This document shows, in pieces, positions 11,402 through 26,720 of a stretch of DNA of 64,000 nt. Under the pieces are notes generated by a model, which was given only the letters and a program-made list of their open reading frames with translations, did no database searches and was not told the DNA's origin. The stretch lies in the NCBI RefSeq assembly GCF_009914755.1, contig NC_060935.1. One strand, 5' to 3'. A program made the translations under genes and the position numbers. The first letter of the stretch is position 1. Every line of letters begins with the position of its first letter. The stretch comes from the human T2T-CHM13v2.0 reference genome, Homo sapiens.

Positions 11402-13513
11402 TGAGAAGTACTGGTCAGGTGTTTTGTAGAATGTCTCTCATTTATAATTTGCTTGATGTCTTTCTCATAATATGGCTGTGGTTTCCATTTCTCTCAAAAA
11501 TTTATGTGTTGAAACTTAATTGCCAATGTGATCGTATTAAGAAGTGAGGTCTTTAGGAGGAGATTAAGTCATGAGGGCAGTGCCTTCACGGACGGGATGA
11601 GGGCCCTTAAAAATAATGTGAAGGAGTGGGTTCACTCCCTTCTGCACTTCTGCTATGTGAATACAAAGAGTTTGTCTCTTTTTTACCTTTTTACTCTTTC
11701 CACCTTGTGGTATGCAATAAGAAGACCCTCACTATAAACCAATGCCATTGCCTTAATCTGGGATTTATTCTGCCCTCCAGAATCTCAAAAAATTAATTGC
11801 TGTTTTTTATAAATTACGCAGGATCAGGTATTTGGTTATAGTAGTGTAAATGGACTAAGACAGATATTGGTACCAAGGAGTGGGAATGTTGCTACAACAT
11901 TCCTGAAAATGTAGAAGCATCATTAGTATTACATAATGGGTAGAGGCTGGAACAGTTTTGAAGTGAATGCTGGGAAAACATGTATTACCCTGAACAGATC
12001 CATAAAGGTGATTCTGATGACAGGTCCAAAAAAGATGAGAGCTGTAGAGAAAGCCTCAGCCTTAGAGATTGTTGAAGTGGTCATGGACAAAATGTTGGTA
12101 GAAATACAGATAGTAAAGGTCATTCTAATGAGGTCCTAGGTGGAAGTGAGGAATATCTTATTGGAAACTGGAGAGAAGGCCATTCTTGCTACAAAGTTGC
12201 AAAGAACTTGGCTAAATTGTGTCCATGCCCTAAGGATTTGTGAAGGCAGAATTTAACAGCAATGAATTAGAATATTTGTTGTTAACAAATCTCTAAGCAA
12301 AATGTTCAGAGTGCTACATGGCTTCTCTTTACTGCTTATAAAAATAAGAGAAGAGAGAAATAATATAGAGATGAAACTTACAATCAAAAGGAAAGAAGAA
12401 TAAAAAGATTTTGAAAAATCCTCAGCCTGGTCGTATGAAGAATAAAAAGTGTGTTTAGGACAAAAAAACAAAAGTGGGGCCAAGCAACCATGGGATAAGG
12501 AAATTAGGATGTGTAGAAGGAAGCCAGAAGCTATTCATCAAGACAATGGGAGAATGACTCTAAACACATTTTGGAGATCTACCCTTCTATGTCCATCACA
12601 GCCTCAGATTTCTAGGGCCTTAAGCAGAATGGTATCCAGGGAGCAGCCCAGAGCACCAACGGCCAGGGCATCCCTGGGACCTCAGAGCTTGTTGCCCAGT
12701 ACCACCTTAAGTCTCTGCTCCCTGCATTCTGGTGCAGGGTTCCTTGGCCACTCCAGCTATGGCTCAAGAGGACTCAGCTGGAGCTCAGGCCACCCCACAA
12801 TGGGCACATATGGCAAGCGCTAGCAACATCCACATGGCACTCTGCAGGCATGCAGGGTACAAGAGCTGTGGAGACATAGCTTCCTTTAACTAGATTGCAA
12901 GGGATTTCTTTGTGAGTACTGGGGCTGAGGCAGAGGCAGTGCTGCAGGGGCACCTGCTGCATGGGGCAGTGATACTGTCTAGATCCCTGACTATGGCAAT
13001 GCCCAGCAGAGCTGTGGGATCAGAGTCACTGCACAGAGGCCCCTCTAAGGCAATGCTTAATGAAGCCATGGGGGCAGGGCCCTCGCTAAGACCCCAGACC
13101 TATAGAGCCACCAGCATACAACAACAGCCTAGCAGAGCTGCAGGTACTGGACTTTAACCCGTGAGTGCTGTCGCATGGACTGTACACACTGAAGTCAGGG
13201 AGGCAGGGCTGCTAAGGGTCTTAGGGGTCCAACCCCCACTCCAGTGTGTCTAGAAGGCAGAATATGGAGTCAAAGAAGATTATTCTCAAACCTTAAGGCT
13301 TAATGTTGCTTTCCCTGTTGAGCTTTTATCTTACTTGCTACCTATTACTGCTTTCTTCTTGCCTACCTCTCCCTCTTGGAATGGGAATGTTTATCCTATG
13401 GTTGATCCACCATTGTATTTTGAAAGTGTCTATCTTGCTTGATTTAACTTGTTCACATCTGAAGAGCAATTTATCTCAGATAAATCATACCTTCAGTCTC
13501 ACCCATATCCGAA

Positions 13514-13633
13514 TTTTTTGTTTTTTCAGAGATGGGTTTCACTATGTTGCCAAGGCTGGTCTTGAACAAGTGATCCTCCTGCCTTGGTCTCCATAAAAGC
13601 TAGGATTACAGATGTAAGCCACTATGCCTGGCC
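13514..13633 (-). mobile_element. FLAM-type Alu monomer in the MaLR internal region
   Basis: Single left-arm monomer with its own T tail; TSD catatc(c/t)ga at 13504-13512 and 13634-13642. Confidence 0.8.
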
Positions 13634-13805
13634 CATATCTGATTTAGATGAGACTCTGGACATCAGACTTTTGAGTTAATACTAGAACAAGTTAAGACTT
13701 TCAAGGCTATTGGGATGGAATAATGTACATCATGCCAGAATGACATAAAGTGGGGACAATGGGTGGAATGCTATGGTCTGAATGTCCTTCAAAATTCATG
13801 TGTCT

Positions 13806-14098
13806 TGTTCTCACTCATAGGTGGGAGTTGAACAATGAGGACACATGGACACAGGGAGGGGGGACATCACACACCGGGGCCTGTTGGGGGATGGGGGGCA
13901 GGAGAGGGAGAACATTAGGACAAATACCTAATGTATGCAGGGCTTAAAACCTAGATGGTGGGTTGACGGGTGCAGCAAACCCACCATGGCACATGTATAC
14001 CTATGTAACAAACCTGCAAATACAAACCATGTATTTGCGGAACAAATACATGTGTTCTGCACATGTATCCCAGAACTTAAAGTAAAATTTAAAAAAAA
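13806..14098 (+). mobile_element. L1PA7/8-like 3' end inserted in the MaLR 3' LTR
   Basis: tgttctcactcataggtgggagttgaacaatgag...gcttaaaacctagatg...cagaacttaaagtaaaa plus A tail; approximate TSD aaaa(t)tcatgtg on both sides. Confidence 0.9.
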
Positions 14099-16108
14099 GT
14101 TTTTAAAATCATGTGCTTTAATTTCCAATATGATAGTGTTCAGAGGTGAGGTCTTTAGTAGGTGATTAAATCATAAATGTGGAGCGCTCATGGATAGGTT
14201 AAGAGCTCTTACAAAAGAGCTGGAAGGAGTCGGATCAGTTTCTTCTGTTCTGTTATGTGAGGAAACAGGGTTCATCCCTTTTGCCCTTTTCATCTTTTCT
14301 GCCATGTGAGGATGTAACGTGAAGGCCCTTGTTGCACATCCAAATGCCAGCACCTTGATCATGGATTTCCCAACCTCTTAAACTGTCAGAAATACACTTC
14401 TGTTTTTTATAAATTACCACGTCTCCAGAATTTTGTTACAGCTGCACGAATGAGTGAAGACAAATAGACTTAAAAACAATGTTTTAGGAAAAACACCATA
14501 GAGGTAAAGTGGTAGATATTATTAACATGACTTATCTCTGTTTATGTTTACCTCAATTATTTGGCTGAGGTAAGATTGTTGGTTAGTTTTATCCACTCTT
14601 AAGTCATTCTTAATCCCACCACTCTCCATACTGTGCACATTCAGAGAAAGTCACTATGTGCATTTAAGGAGGGAGATTATAATCCAACTTCTTGAGGAAG
14701 GAATATGTGTATAAATTAAATTTTCCTGCATGGGAAATTTATTTTCTCTCAACCATGTACTTATTGATATAATTTGCTTATATCAGTATAGACTAAAATA
14801 TACTAATGTTGTTCTGAGCTATAATCAAGTATCATTGTACTTATTTTGTTGCCCAAATTATTACAGGTATGGTCATTGAGAGTTCTTTCCATTGGATCCT
14901 GTGTCCCTTTGACATACACTCATCAGTGGTGATTTTGCTGTTGTTTCTGTTATTGTTTAGCACAACTTTCTAGTACCATAAAATGCTTCTGCATATATCC
15001 TGCCCCAGTCTTAGAATCAGCCATTTCTCCATGGATCTCTAGTTTCTTTTTTTGGACAGTAGTATTATAAAACATGATCTGACCACTAGCTGTGCTGCTT
15101 GCTACTGGATGTCACTGCTTCTAGCTGACAGATCTAGACACTCAGTTGGCAGAGTAAGGAAATGTATATATGAATACCAACCCATATTTGTGTATGTATA
15201 TGTTATGTAAATATAAATACACACGTATCTGTAAGTATTTCTATACATAATAATATGTATCTGTTAAACTAAAGATGAGTTTATTTCCATCTGTAATTCG
15301 TTACCACCTGGATCAGTCCAGCTCTTATATTATTTGCATATTTTGACTTTCTGTGGTTTTAATTGTGCATTTTATATGATTATATTTTATCTCTTAGGAA
15401 ATTGACTATAGTTAAAATGTTTCATTAATTGTCATAGTGTTTTTAATATGCATTTTAAACTAATCTTAGGTAAATTTAAAAAGCAGTATAAAATTTCATG
15501 TGTAGTGTGGGTAGGTTATAACAACTTACACCTAATTCATCTCTCTAATCCGTTACAATTTATTGTTATTCATTCCATTCATCCATATGCTACTATCACC
15601 CAATACATTGTTATTATTATTACATCTTTTGCATCAATAACAAAAATATTTTTTAAACTTGACCCTCATGTATACCTTCTTCTATATTTCTCCTTCTTTA
15701 TGTAGATCTGAGTTGCCAGTTTGTATTATTTTTCTTCTCCATGAAAGAATTTTTAAAACATTTTTTGCATAGTGAGTCTATTGATAATAATTGAATGCCA
15801 TAACTTTTTGATTATCTGAGAATGTATTTGTTTCTCCTTCATTTTTGAAAGATAATTTTATTGGATACAGAATATTAGCCTGGTAGGTTTCTCTTTTAAC
15901 ACTTTGAATATTTTATTTGTTTTTTTTCTTGCTTATGTGGTTTCTGATGATAAGTCCATTGTAATTTTTACCTTTCAACTGTATGAGTTAGACGTTTTCA
16001 CTTCTGAGTTCTGACAAGACATTCTCTTTATTATTGCTTTTCTGAAGTTTGCATATGATATTCCTAAGTGAAGACATTTTAGTGTTTATCCTGGTTGCTG
16101 TTCTGTAA

Positions 16109-16623
<515 letters not shown>

Positions 16624-16866
16624 CTTTTTATCTATCTTTAAGTTCACTTATTGTTTCCACAGCTGTGTTAAGTCTAGTGAAGATCTCATCAAAAGTGTTT
16701 TTCATTTCTGCTACAGAGTTTTTTATTTTTATTATTTTATTTTGATTCTTAGGACTTCCACCTCTGCTTTCATTACCCATATTTTCTTGCATGACTTTTT
16801 CTTTTCCATTAAAGATCTTAACATATTAAGATATATAATAGTTATATTAAATTTTCTGTTTGATAA

Positions 16867-17207
16867 TGATAGATGCAGGAGGCAGATTAGGAGGAGTGTC
16901 CCTGGAGAATCTCCCACTGGCCTGGGAAGTGGGAGAACTGGGTGGAGCCATGGGAAGTTCTCGCCTTTGCCAGGAGGAGAAGCCTGGTCTCTTCAGTTCC
17001 TATTTGGTGACCTGCAATCATTCTGTGAGATGGGAGCCCCCTGGCAGGAACTCCTCTAGCTTTGCTAAGAGTTTTTTGGGTTTTTTCCCCTTTTTTCCCA
17101 ATAAATTCCACTCCCCTCACCCTTCAATGTGTCTGCATGCCTAAGTTATTCTGGTTGTGACACAATAACCCAGATTTAGCCTACTAAGGAGCAGAAATTC
17201 TGCAGCA
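16867..17207 (+). mobile_element. ERV1 solo LTR, MER61-like (341 bp)
   Basis: TG...CA termini, AATAAA at about 17100, 4-bp TSD ataa at 16863-16866 and 17208-17211. Confidence 0.8.
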
Positions 17208-18289
17208 ATAATTCCAACATCTGTGTCACCTGAGTCTTGTTTTTATGCTTGTTTTAGCTTTTCATACTTTATTTTTTATTGACTTTTACCATGACTCATA
17301 TTTTGTTGAAAGCCCAAATGATGTAGTAGGTAACGGAAACTGAAGTAATAGGCTTTTATTTTGTAGTTTCATGTTAACTTGTCTAAGAGTTGTCCCATTT
17401 CTACTATTTGCTATAGATTTACATGCCTTTGGTTTTTAATTTCTCTAATGTCTTTTGTAAAAAATTTTTATTTTATTTTATTTTATTGTGTTTTTTGGTC
17501 TACCTTGTTGACTTTAGGCCTCCTTAAGCACTCCTCTTGAGAGAGTATCTGTGTTTTATAGCTCATTCAGTTGCAACCCACTGTCATGCTGAAGCTTTCT
17601 TTGTGTAGCAGAGAGATGTGAGAAAGGGAAACTGTTGTATTATTTCATGATAAAATCTCAGACTTTTGGTAGAACTGTGCCCTGGCATATGATCCTCACA
17701 ACTTTCTTAAGTTTCTGTTCACCCCCTTGGTTGAGGCAGGAAAAGCAGAAGAAGCTGGAGTGGGAAAATTGTCCTACCCTCGGGTAGAATAAGACTGCAG
17801 TAAAGTCTTTTTCCTTGGTGAATAGATGTTTGCTTTGGAGAACACTCCGGGCATGTTTTACAGTGGTTACTTTTCAACTTCCAGACCCAGGAGAAAATAT
17901 TTCTTAGCTCTTTACTGTGAGACCCTGATAAGATTACTGAAGATAAAACCCATGAAAATGTAGGGTACTCTCAGATTACCTCTCCCAGGAGTTTCTCACC
18001 TCAAGTTAGTCCACTTGTGGCCTCCAGCTATTCCTCAAGATTACCTTTTTACATGTTCCTGCAAGCTTATACTTCTAGTCTTTTCACCTCCAGATAAGTT
18101 CTGACTCTGGATTTTCTTGTCTCTCCAGATTTCAGGGTGGTGATTTGTCATAAACCTCAGTTCTATAACTGGTCCAAAAATGTCACTGATTTACAATTTG
18201 TTTAGTTTTAATTTTAGTTTTTTGTAATAAAGATATATTGACTTCCCAGCACTTCATACATTGGAACTGCAACCAGGTTTCCTGATGTG

Positions 18290-19755
18290 GTATTTTAATA
18301 TAAGATAAAATAAAATAGATTCTAGACAAAAATTTTAAATATTACCAAAACTAGAGGGACTTTTACAATAAAAACATAAAAACATGTAAAGAATACATAC
18401 AGCTAATTGAAAAAGTATATGCACTAACAACTAAGATTTGAAATACATGAAGCAAAAAATTAACAGAATTAAAGGGGAAACAAATAGTTCTACATTCGTG
18501 GTAGAAGTCATTAATACCTTCTCTCAGTAATTGATAGAGAAACTACCTGAAATTAGTAGAGACAGAAAATATGTAAACACTGCTGCTATGGACTGAATTT
18601 TTGCACCCCTCCAGATTTATATATTGATGCCTAAATTCCCAATGTGATGGCATTTGGAGCTTGGGCCTTTGAGAGGTCATTAGGTCACGCAGGTGGAGCC
18701 CTCATTAATGGGGTTATTTTCCTACTGGAAGAAACATGGGAGAGATGTTCTCTGCTCTCCACCACATGAGGATCCAATGATAGTATGGTTATCTGCAAAC
18801 CAGGAAGTGTGCTTTTACCAGAACCCACCATGTTGGCACTCATGGGTCAGATTTCCCAGCCTCCAAACCAGTGAGAAATAAATTTCTGTTGTTTAAGCCA
18901 CCCAGCCTCTGCTGAGTTACAGCAGGACAACCTTACTAAGACAAATACTATCAGCCACTTTGATCCAATAATATTCATAGAAAACTGCATATAATTATGA
19001 CAGAATACGCACTTCTTTCAAGTGTACATGTACATTCATTGAGGAATTGCATGTGCTAGACTACGAAAAGGTCAATATATATAAAATTATCTACACCGAA
19101 CCCAAATGAAATTAAATTAGAAATAATAAGAAAATATCTAGGAAAACGCTAAATTACAGAAGACACTTGAAATAATTCGTGAAGGTAAAAACATAAGGGA
19201 ATTTTAAAAAATTAACTCAATGGTAAAAATAGATGTGAAATCTGTAAGATAAAATTAATGTTGTTCTATGAGCAGAAATTATAGCTCTGAATACTTATAT
19301 TAGGAACTAAAATAAAAATCTAAACCAAGAACATAAGGTTCAACCTTATTAAGCTAGAAAAGTAAATGCAAAATAAACCCAAGTACAGAAAGCAATCAAA
19401 TTAGAATAAGAGCTGAAATTTAACGAAATCAAAATAATAAGACAATAGAAAAAATTAGCAAAGCCAGAAGCTTATATTTTGATAGATCCACAAAATCAAT
19501 AAAATCTAGCTCTGCTGATCACATAAAAAAGAGAATAAACACAAATCACCCATTCAGCATTGGGAGAGTTATCACCAATAGTTCTGGAGAAAGTAACTTT
19601 GAAATAATAAAAGTTATAAACAATTTTATGCCAACAAATTTGATGTCTTCAATAAAATCGACATTTTTCTTGAAATACATTATTTATACAAATTAATGTA
19701 GAAAAACAAAAAATATCTGAACATCACCTTAATTATTAAGGAAATTAATGTGTTA
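18290..19755 (+). mobile_element. Continuation of the sense L1M ORF2
   Basis: A-rich ORF2 motifs (aaatacatgaagcaaaaa, cagaatacgcacttctttcaagtgtacatg, ttttatgccaacaaattt). Confidence 0.75.
18584..18943 (+). mobile_element. MLT1A-like MaLR solo LTR
   Basis: tgctatggactgaa...aataaatttctgttgtttaagccacccag...ctaagaca. Confidence 0.85.
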
Positions 19756-19796
19756 CTGGACTGGCCAATTAGTACATGTAAAAAGGATCAAGCTCT

Positions 19797-20132
<336 letters not shown>

Positions 20133-20705
20133 CTATAGAATGACTAAAATTTCTTCATTTACAAAATATGTTGATTGAGGAAGATAATCTCTAAAATTCT
20201 TGTTCACTTTACATTTTAAGAAAATAATATTGTAGACAAAATTAAATGTTTATAGGGATGATGCTAGAATAATGAACATAGCTTTTTAAATATTGAAATA
20301 TAATTAATGCTTTATGTCTCAAAGTCTGTCTTGATTCTTCCTCTTAAAGGTCAACAGTTTTGGAAAATAACAAGCATAGTTTAATTCAAAATGTATACTA
20401 AGCACTAAAGGAACATTAGTATACACATTAGTATGTGCGTTAGTATGTCACATACTTTTTGTGAGATAACATATGTATGTTGTATTACAAAAATTTAAAA
20501 ATGTGTCACAGATATATTTATTATATCAATTGTATAATATTTTAGCTAATATATTCAAAACACATTCGTTGTTGTTAGTGATAAATATGCATGCATATAC
20601 ATTTATATTACTATATTGGTTAGAACCTCCAAATGAATGTCCTTCTTTCCTCAATCCTGACCTTAGCAGGAAATAATTCAGTTTTTTTTTAACCATTAAA
20701 TGTGA

Positions 20706-21211
<506 letters not shown>

Positions 21212-21720
21212 TATCTTTAGTTTTGAAGGAGTTACTGAATGTTTGTGAAGTCGTAGAAAGCACATATAACTTTATTTAAAAATCTTTCATTATTTTTTTC
21301 TCAAGGCCCTTCTAGTTCCTGTCTTTGGGCCTTTCTATATCTTCCTCCAAGTGGTCTTTGGACCCACTTCTCCTGTTTTCTGAATTATTTAGCAGGATAG
21401 CTTTGATATGCTTTGTAGAACCTCAAGGTAGACCTGCTCAAGGGGCCCTGGAGGCTCCCTTAAAACTTGCTGACACCTAAAGCATGTACTAAACAAACCA
21501 TATACAATGAAAAATAATGGACATCTCAGCTGCTAAGAAAATAAAAATACACTACATATTAATTAACTTGGAAAATTTGACTACTACCTCTATTGATTTG
21601 GAAATTCATGATGGAACTACTTAATTGTTTTAATGAATATCTCTACTGGTCCTCACCTTCTGAGCTCTTTTGAGTAGCAGCAAGGGGCATTTCTGACATT
21701 ACTTCTGATTAAAGTAAACA

Positions 21721-22055
21721 TGTTATATTAGCTATCCATTGCTGTGTAACAATCTTATCACAAACTTAGCAGTTTAAATCAATACGCATTTATCAACTCA
21801 GCTTCTGTGGGTCAGGATTTTAACATAGCTTAGTTCTTTCCTTTTCTGAGGTTTTTATAAACCTATAACCCAGGTCCTGGCCTGGACTGTGGTCATGTCT
21901 GATATGTAATGTAATTACATATATTCCATCACCTTTATCATATGGTATTTTTTGTAAGGAAGCTACAGGTCTCACTTCAATCAAAAGAAGAGGATCATAC
22001 AAGGACATGAATACCACGAACTTGGGACAAGGGAACCACCAAATATCTGCCATGT
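21721..22055 (-). mobile_element. Old MLT1 LTR fragment
   Basis: attgctgtgtaacaa...aaacttagcagtttaaa...catttat...ttctgtgggtcagga. Confidence 0.7.
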
Positions 22056-22231
22056 TTAGGCTACAGACACTAATCTTAGAAGTAAGTGCTTCTATGGAGC
22101 AAATGTTTTCCAAGAGAGATTTGATCAATGCTATTTCTGACAGAGCTAATTAGCCCCAAATATTGTAAATATAATAAATAAACAAATATCTATGGAAAGC
22201 ATGAAGTATTTTAGAAAAATGAAAAAAATTA

Positions 22232-22866
<635 letters not shown>

Positions 22867-22947
22867 GGAAATAGAAACCTATTATTCTACCAAATTCTGA
22901 CTTCATAAATATTAGCATCATGGATGCAGAAAAGGAAATAAAATAAA

Positions 22948-23706
22948 TATATTAATTTCCTGTTATTGCCATACCAAATGACCACAAATTCAGCAGTTTA
23001 AACTGACATCCATTATTGTCTCACATTATGTAGGTCAGAAGTCTGGGCACAGCATAACTTTCCTGGTTCTCTGCTCTAGGTTTCACAAAGCAGAAATTAA
23101 GGTGTCACTATGGCTATGCTTCTTTTTGGATGCTCTGGGGATGAATCTCTTTCAAATTTATTTAGGTGGTTGGCAGACTTCAGTTTATGTTATTGTAAGA
23201 ATAAAGTTTCCATTTGCTGGCTGTTGGCAAGGGAGGGTTCAAAGCTTTTAGATGCTACCCACATTCTATGGCTTATGTTTACCTTCCTCCATCATCAAAG
23301 CCAGCAGCGTGGGTCAAGTCCTTCACATGCTTCATATCTCTCTGATCTTCCTTCTTACTCCCTGCTTCACTGGTTTGAGTTAAAAAAGAAAGCTCTTGGA
23401 TTTTTAAGGGCTCCTACTATTAGATTGGGCACACTAGGATAATTTCCATACACCTAGTCCACAACCTTAACCCATTTATGCCTGAGGTTGCAAATTTTTT
23501 GAGTTTTTGCATGAGTGAAAAATCCGACCTTGGTGATGGCCTCGAGCAGTAGGATATAAATAACTCCCATATGCTAAACATTCCAATAAGGGAACACTAG
23601 GCATATGAATTGCATCCACAAATTTCCTTCGGTAGTGTAACCTACTCAAAGGTTGTGAGGATTAGGGAATGGACATCTTTGTTGGGACATTCTTCTGCCT
23701 GTCACA
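22948..23706 (-). mobile_element. MLT1D/E-like LTR, interrupted by MER85
   Basis: accacaaattcagcagtttaa...ggtcagaagtc...gattagggaatggacatcttt...ctgcctgtcaca. Confidence 0.75.
23471..23607 (-). mobile_element. MER85 piggyBac-derived MITE
   Basis: TTAA (23467-23470) followed by TIR CCCATTTATGCCT; about 137 bp; internal taggatataaataactccca; imperfect palindrome attccaataagggaac; other TIR truncated (ctaggcata). Confidence 0.9.
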
Positions 23707-24557
23707 GTAAGCTACAAAATGACAACAAGACATGATGAGATTTATTTTTCTGTAAAAAAAAAATAAAGTTGTATTATGTGTTTTCCTAAAGGAAAGTATA
23801 AATTGATAATCCAAATACATGAAATACATTGCAGAGATTTAAGAGCTTTTAGTTGTAATCTTTTATCCAGCAAGAAACAACTTCTCCTGAATCCCATTTC
23901 ACTGTTACTAATCTCAGTAACAGCATTATTTTTAGGAGAGTGAAATCAAAGCTGATTACAAAGTATTTTGGCACCTACTATACAATCTTTGAGCAGTTCT
24001 TGGATTTAGAAGAAAAATGCTAAGGAGGCACAAAATTTTTATGCAAAATTATCTGTTGGATTGGCAACATTATAATTGTCTGTATTTTACAAAACCAGTG
24101 CCAAAACATTTGCTTAAAGGAATTGAGAGTTGTTTGTTTATTTTCAGCAGTTGTTTTTTTATTTGAATCCTTAAGGGCATCAAGTGGTCCTAAAGAAGTT
24201 GGTATATTTTATGTGTTTGTATTTGGTGAACTCTTAAGTGTGCTCAGCAACTTTATGCTCCTTCAGGATATGCTTCATGGAATAAAGGTGAGAATTAACT
24301 GATCTTAAGAAGGATGATAAACAGCAATAATCATGGTACGTTATTTAAATAATTCCTGTAGAAAATACTGTGCTAAACATTTTTTTCAAGCACCACACTT
24401 AATTCTGATTGAATAGCAGGCACTATTGTTGTCTCAAGTTCAAATATGACAAAACTGAGGCTAACATGTTAATATTTATACCACTAATACCTAATAAAGG
24501 TGCATGTAAAGCCATGAATGTCTATTGTTGACACATAGGAATGTTTTGTCTTCCATC

Positions 24558-24561
<4 letters not shown>

Positions 24562-24595
<34 letters not shown>
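24562..24595. repeat. (AC)17 microsatellite
   Basis: Seen directly. Confidence 0.95.
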
Positions 24596-24597
<2 letters not shown>

Positions 24598-24788
24598 ACA
24601 TACACAGACACATATATGTCCAAAATCTAAAACCATCCACACAACTGGTATACATTTTTAAGACTTCAATGTTTGTACCTAGCTCAGACCATGGTGTTAA
24701 GTGCTGATGGTGAAGATCAGCAATATGTTGGAACCATTAAATATGACTGGATTTGTAAATTTTACATCTTTATTTTATTTTATGAGAC

Positions 24789-25153
24789 CATATTAGTCCA
24801 TTCTCATGCTGTGAATAAAGACATACCCAAGACTGGGTAATTTATAAAGAAATAGAGGTTTAATGGACTCACAGTTCCACATGGCTGGGGAGGCCTCACA
24901 ATCATGGCAGAAGGTGAAGGAGGAGCAAAGGTATGTCTTACATGGCAGCAGGTAAGAGAGTGTATTCAGGGGAACTGCCCTTTATAAAACCATCAGATTT
25001 TGTGAGACTTATTCACTGTCATGAGAACAGCATGGGAAAAATCTACCCCCATGATTCAATTACTTCCCATCAGGTCCCTCCCACCACACATGGCGATTAT
25101 GGGAGCTACAGTTCAAGATGAGATTTGGGTGGGGACACAGCCAAATCACATTA
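24789..25153 (-). mobile_element. THE1B/C solo LTR
   Basis: Full antisense THE1 pattern; 5-bp TSD gagac at 24784-24788 and 25154-25158. Confidence 0.92.
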
Positions 25154-25972
25154 GAGACAGTCATGTTCATGATTTTCATTGCATTATATTCTAGTTTTAA
25201 TGTGAAGTTGTACTGCTACTTTAGGCAGGACCTCCGATTATACCAATTTAGCCAAAAGTGAAGCCATAATTAAGATATGTTGACAAGGCAAAACACAGTA
25301 AATTACAAATTAAGTTATATCACCAGTGCTATAAATTCTAGGTGCCGTAAGGGGCATTTTGTTAAAAGACACCTTAAATGAGTTCCTGAAGGTTTGAAAT
25401 ATTTGGGACAAAACACACTGGCTGAACTCCAAAATACCAGATAATTGAACTTAGATCCTTTAGTGAGAATAATTAGGCATCATTTGCATAGGTAAGGTCA
25501 TTTGGACAACTTCCTGGTGGAAAATAAAGCTAATTGAGATTAATGATTCTTAAATATATTGCTTCTCTACTTAGCATATCAAGGCAGTATTTTCTGGAGA
25601 ATAGAAAATGCTTATTAATTCTATTAGGAAAATAGGAGTTATAGGCTTTTTATTTTCACTAATTTTATCAGAATACATTTTTGTAGGTGACTATATGTTA
25701 AAATATACATTATATATTTATATATGTACATATTATATATAATGTATATGTGTGTGTAGTATCTATTTTATATAATTATATATAACATGTTAAATTACAA
25801 CATATCATGTATGTTAAATTATTTTACAAAACAATTTTAAAATGGATATTCAGAGAAATAAAGCAACTTGCTAAAGACTATACAATTAATAAATAATCAA
25901 GTCAGGATCAGACACCCAGTCTCTTCAACCCCCAAACCATTTCAAAGCCTAAATAGAAATAAGTAGAAAGGG

Positions 25973-25976
<4 letters not shown>

Positions 25977-26026
<50 letters not shown>
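25977..26026. repeat. Perfect (AT)25 microsatellite
   Basis: Seen directly. Confidence 0.95.
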
Positions 26027-26032
<6 letters not shown>

Positions 26033-26511
26033 TACCTATAAATATACAGCAATACAATTTTTCTTCTTGGTTTATGTTCTTCTTATGTGTTTTCTACCAA
26101 GTAAACACAGGACATAGAATGGATGTATTTATTTTAAGTAGCTATGTATAGACATATGAAGCTACAAACAAATTAGCATATCAAAAACACTGCATCAGCA
26201 ACTTGATTTTGTCAAAATATCCAGTAACAATTGTTTAAAAAGAGAGAGTAATATATTTGCTCTAGCTCTAATGCTTGAGTAAGTATGTGTTTTGAACAAA
26301 CTGGGTTCTCTACAAATGTTGTTAATTAATTGACCTGCCACTCATTCATCATACTGTAAAGATAATTGACGAGACTAAGTCTGGATCTGAATTAAGACTA
26401 CAAATTGCCCTCTTTCATAGAACAGATACAGGGAAGCATATGAACTGAATGGCTCAGTATGGCCTAATGATTAAAAACAGAAAGAAACCTGAACATTTGT
26501 CTGCTACTTTC

Positions 26512-26720
26512 TTATGGGCTCCAGTGTGCCCCTTCGAAATTCATATGTTGAAACCCTAAACTTCAGTACCTCAAAATGTGACTGTATTTGTAAATAGGAC
26601 CTTAACAGAGGTAATTAATGTACAGTGAGGTTGTTAGGGTAGTCCTGAATCCAATTTGATGAGTGTCTTCATAAGCAGAGATCAGGACACTGAGAGAGAG
26701 ACATCTGATATGTGCACACT
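26512..26720 (+). mobile_element. MLT1B-like LTR, 5' half only
   Basis: aaattcatatgttgaaaccctaa...cagtacctcaaaatgtgactgtatttg...aatccaat. Confidence 0.8.

Larger units (their letters stand above)
11474..14462 (+). mobile_element. Two-LTR MaLR provirus (MSTC/MSTD/MLT1A-group LTRs plus about 1.9 kb internal region)
   Basis: 5' LTR 11474-11862 ending ctaagaca; internal region starting gatattggtaccaaggagtggg; 3' LTR 13769-14462 (tgctatggtctg...gaagaca); 5-bp TSD aatat (11469-11473) / aatag (14463-14467). Confidence 0.88.
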
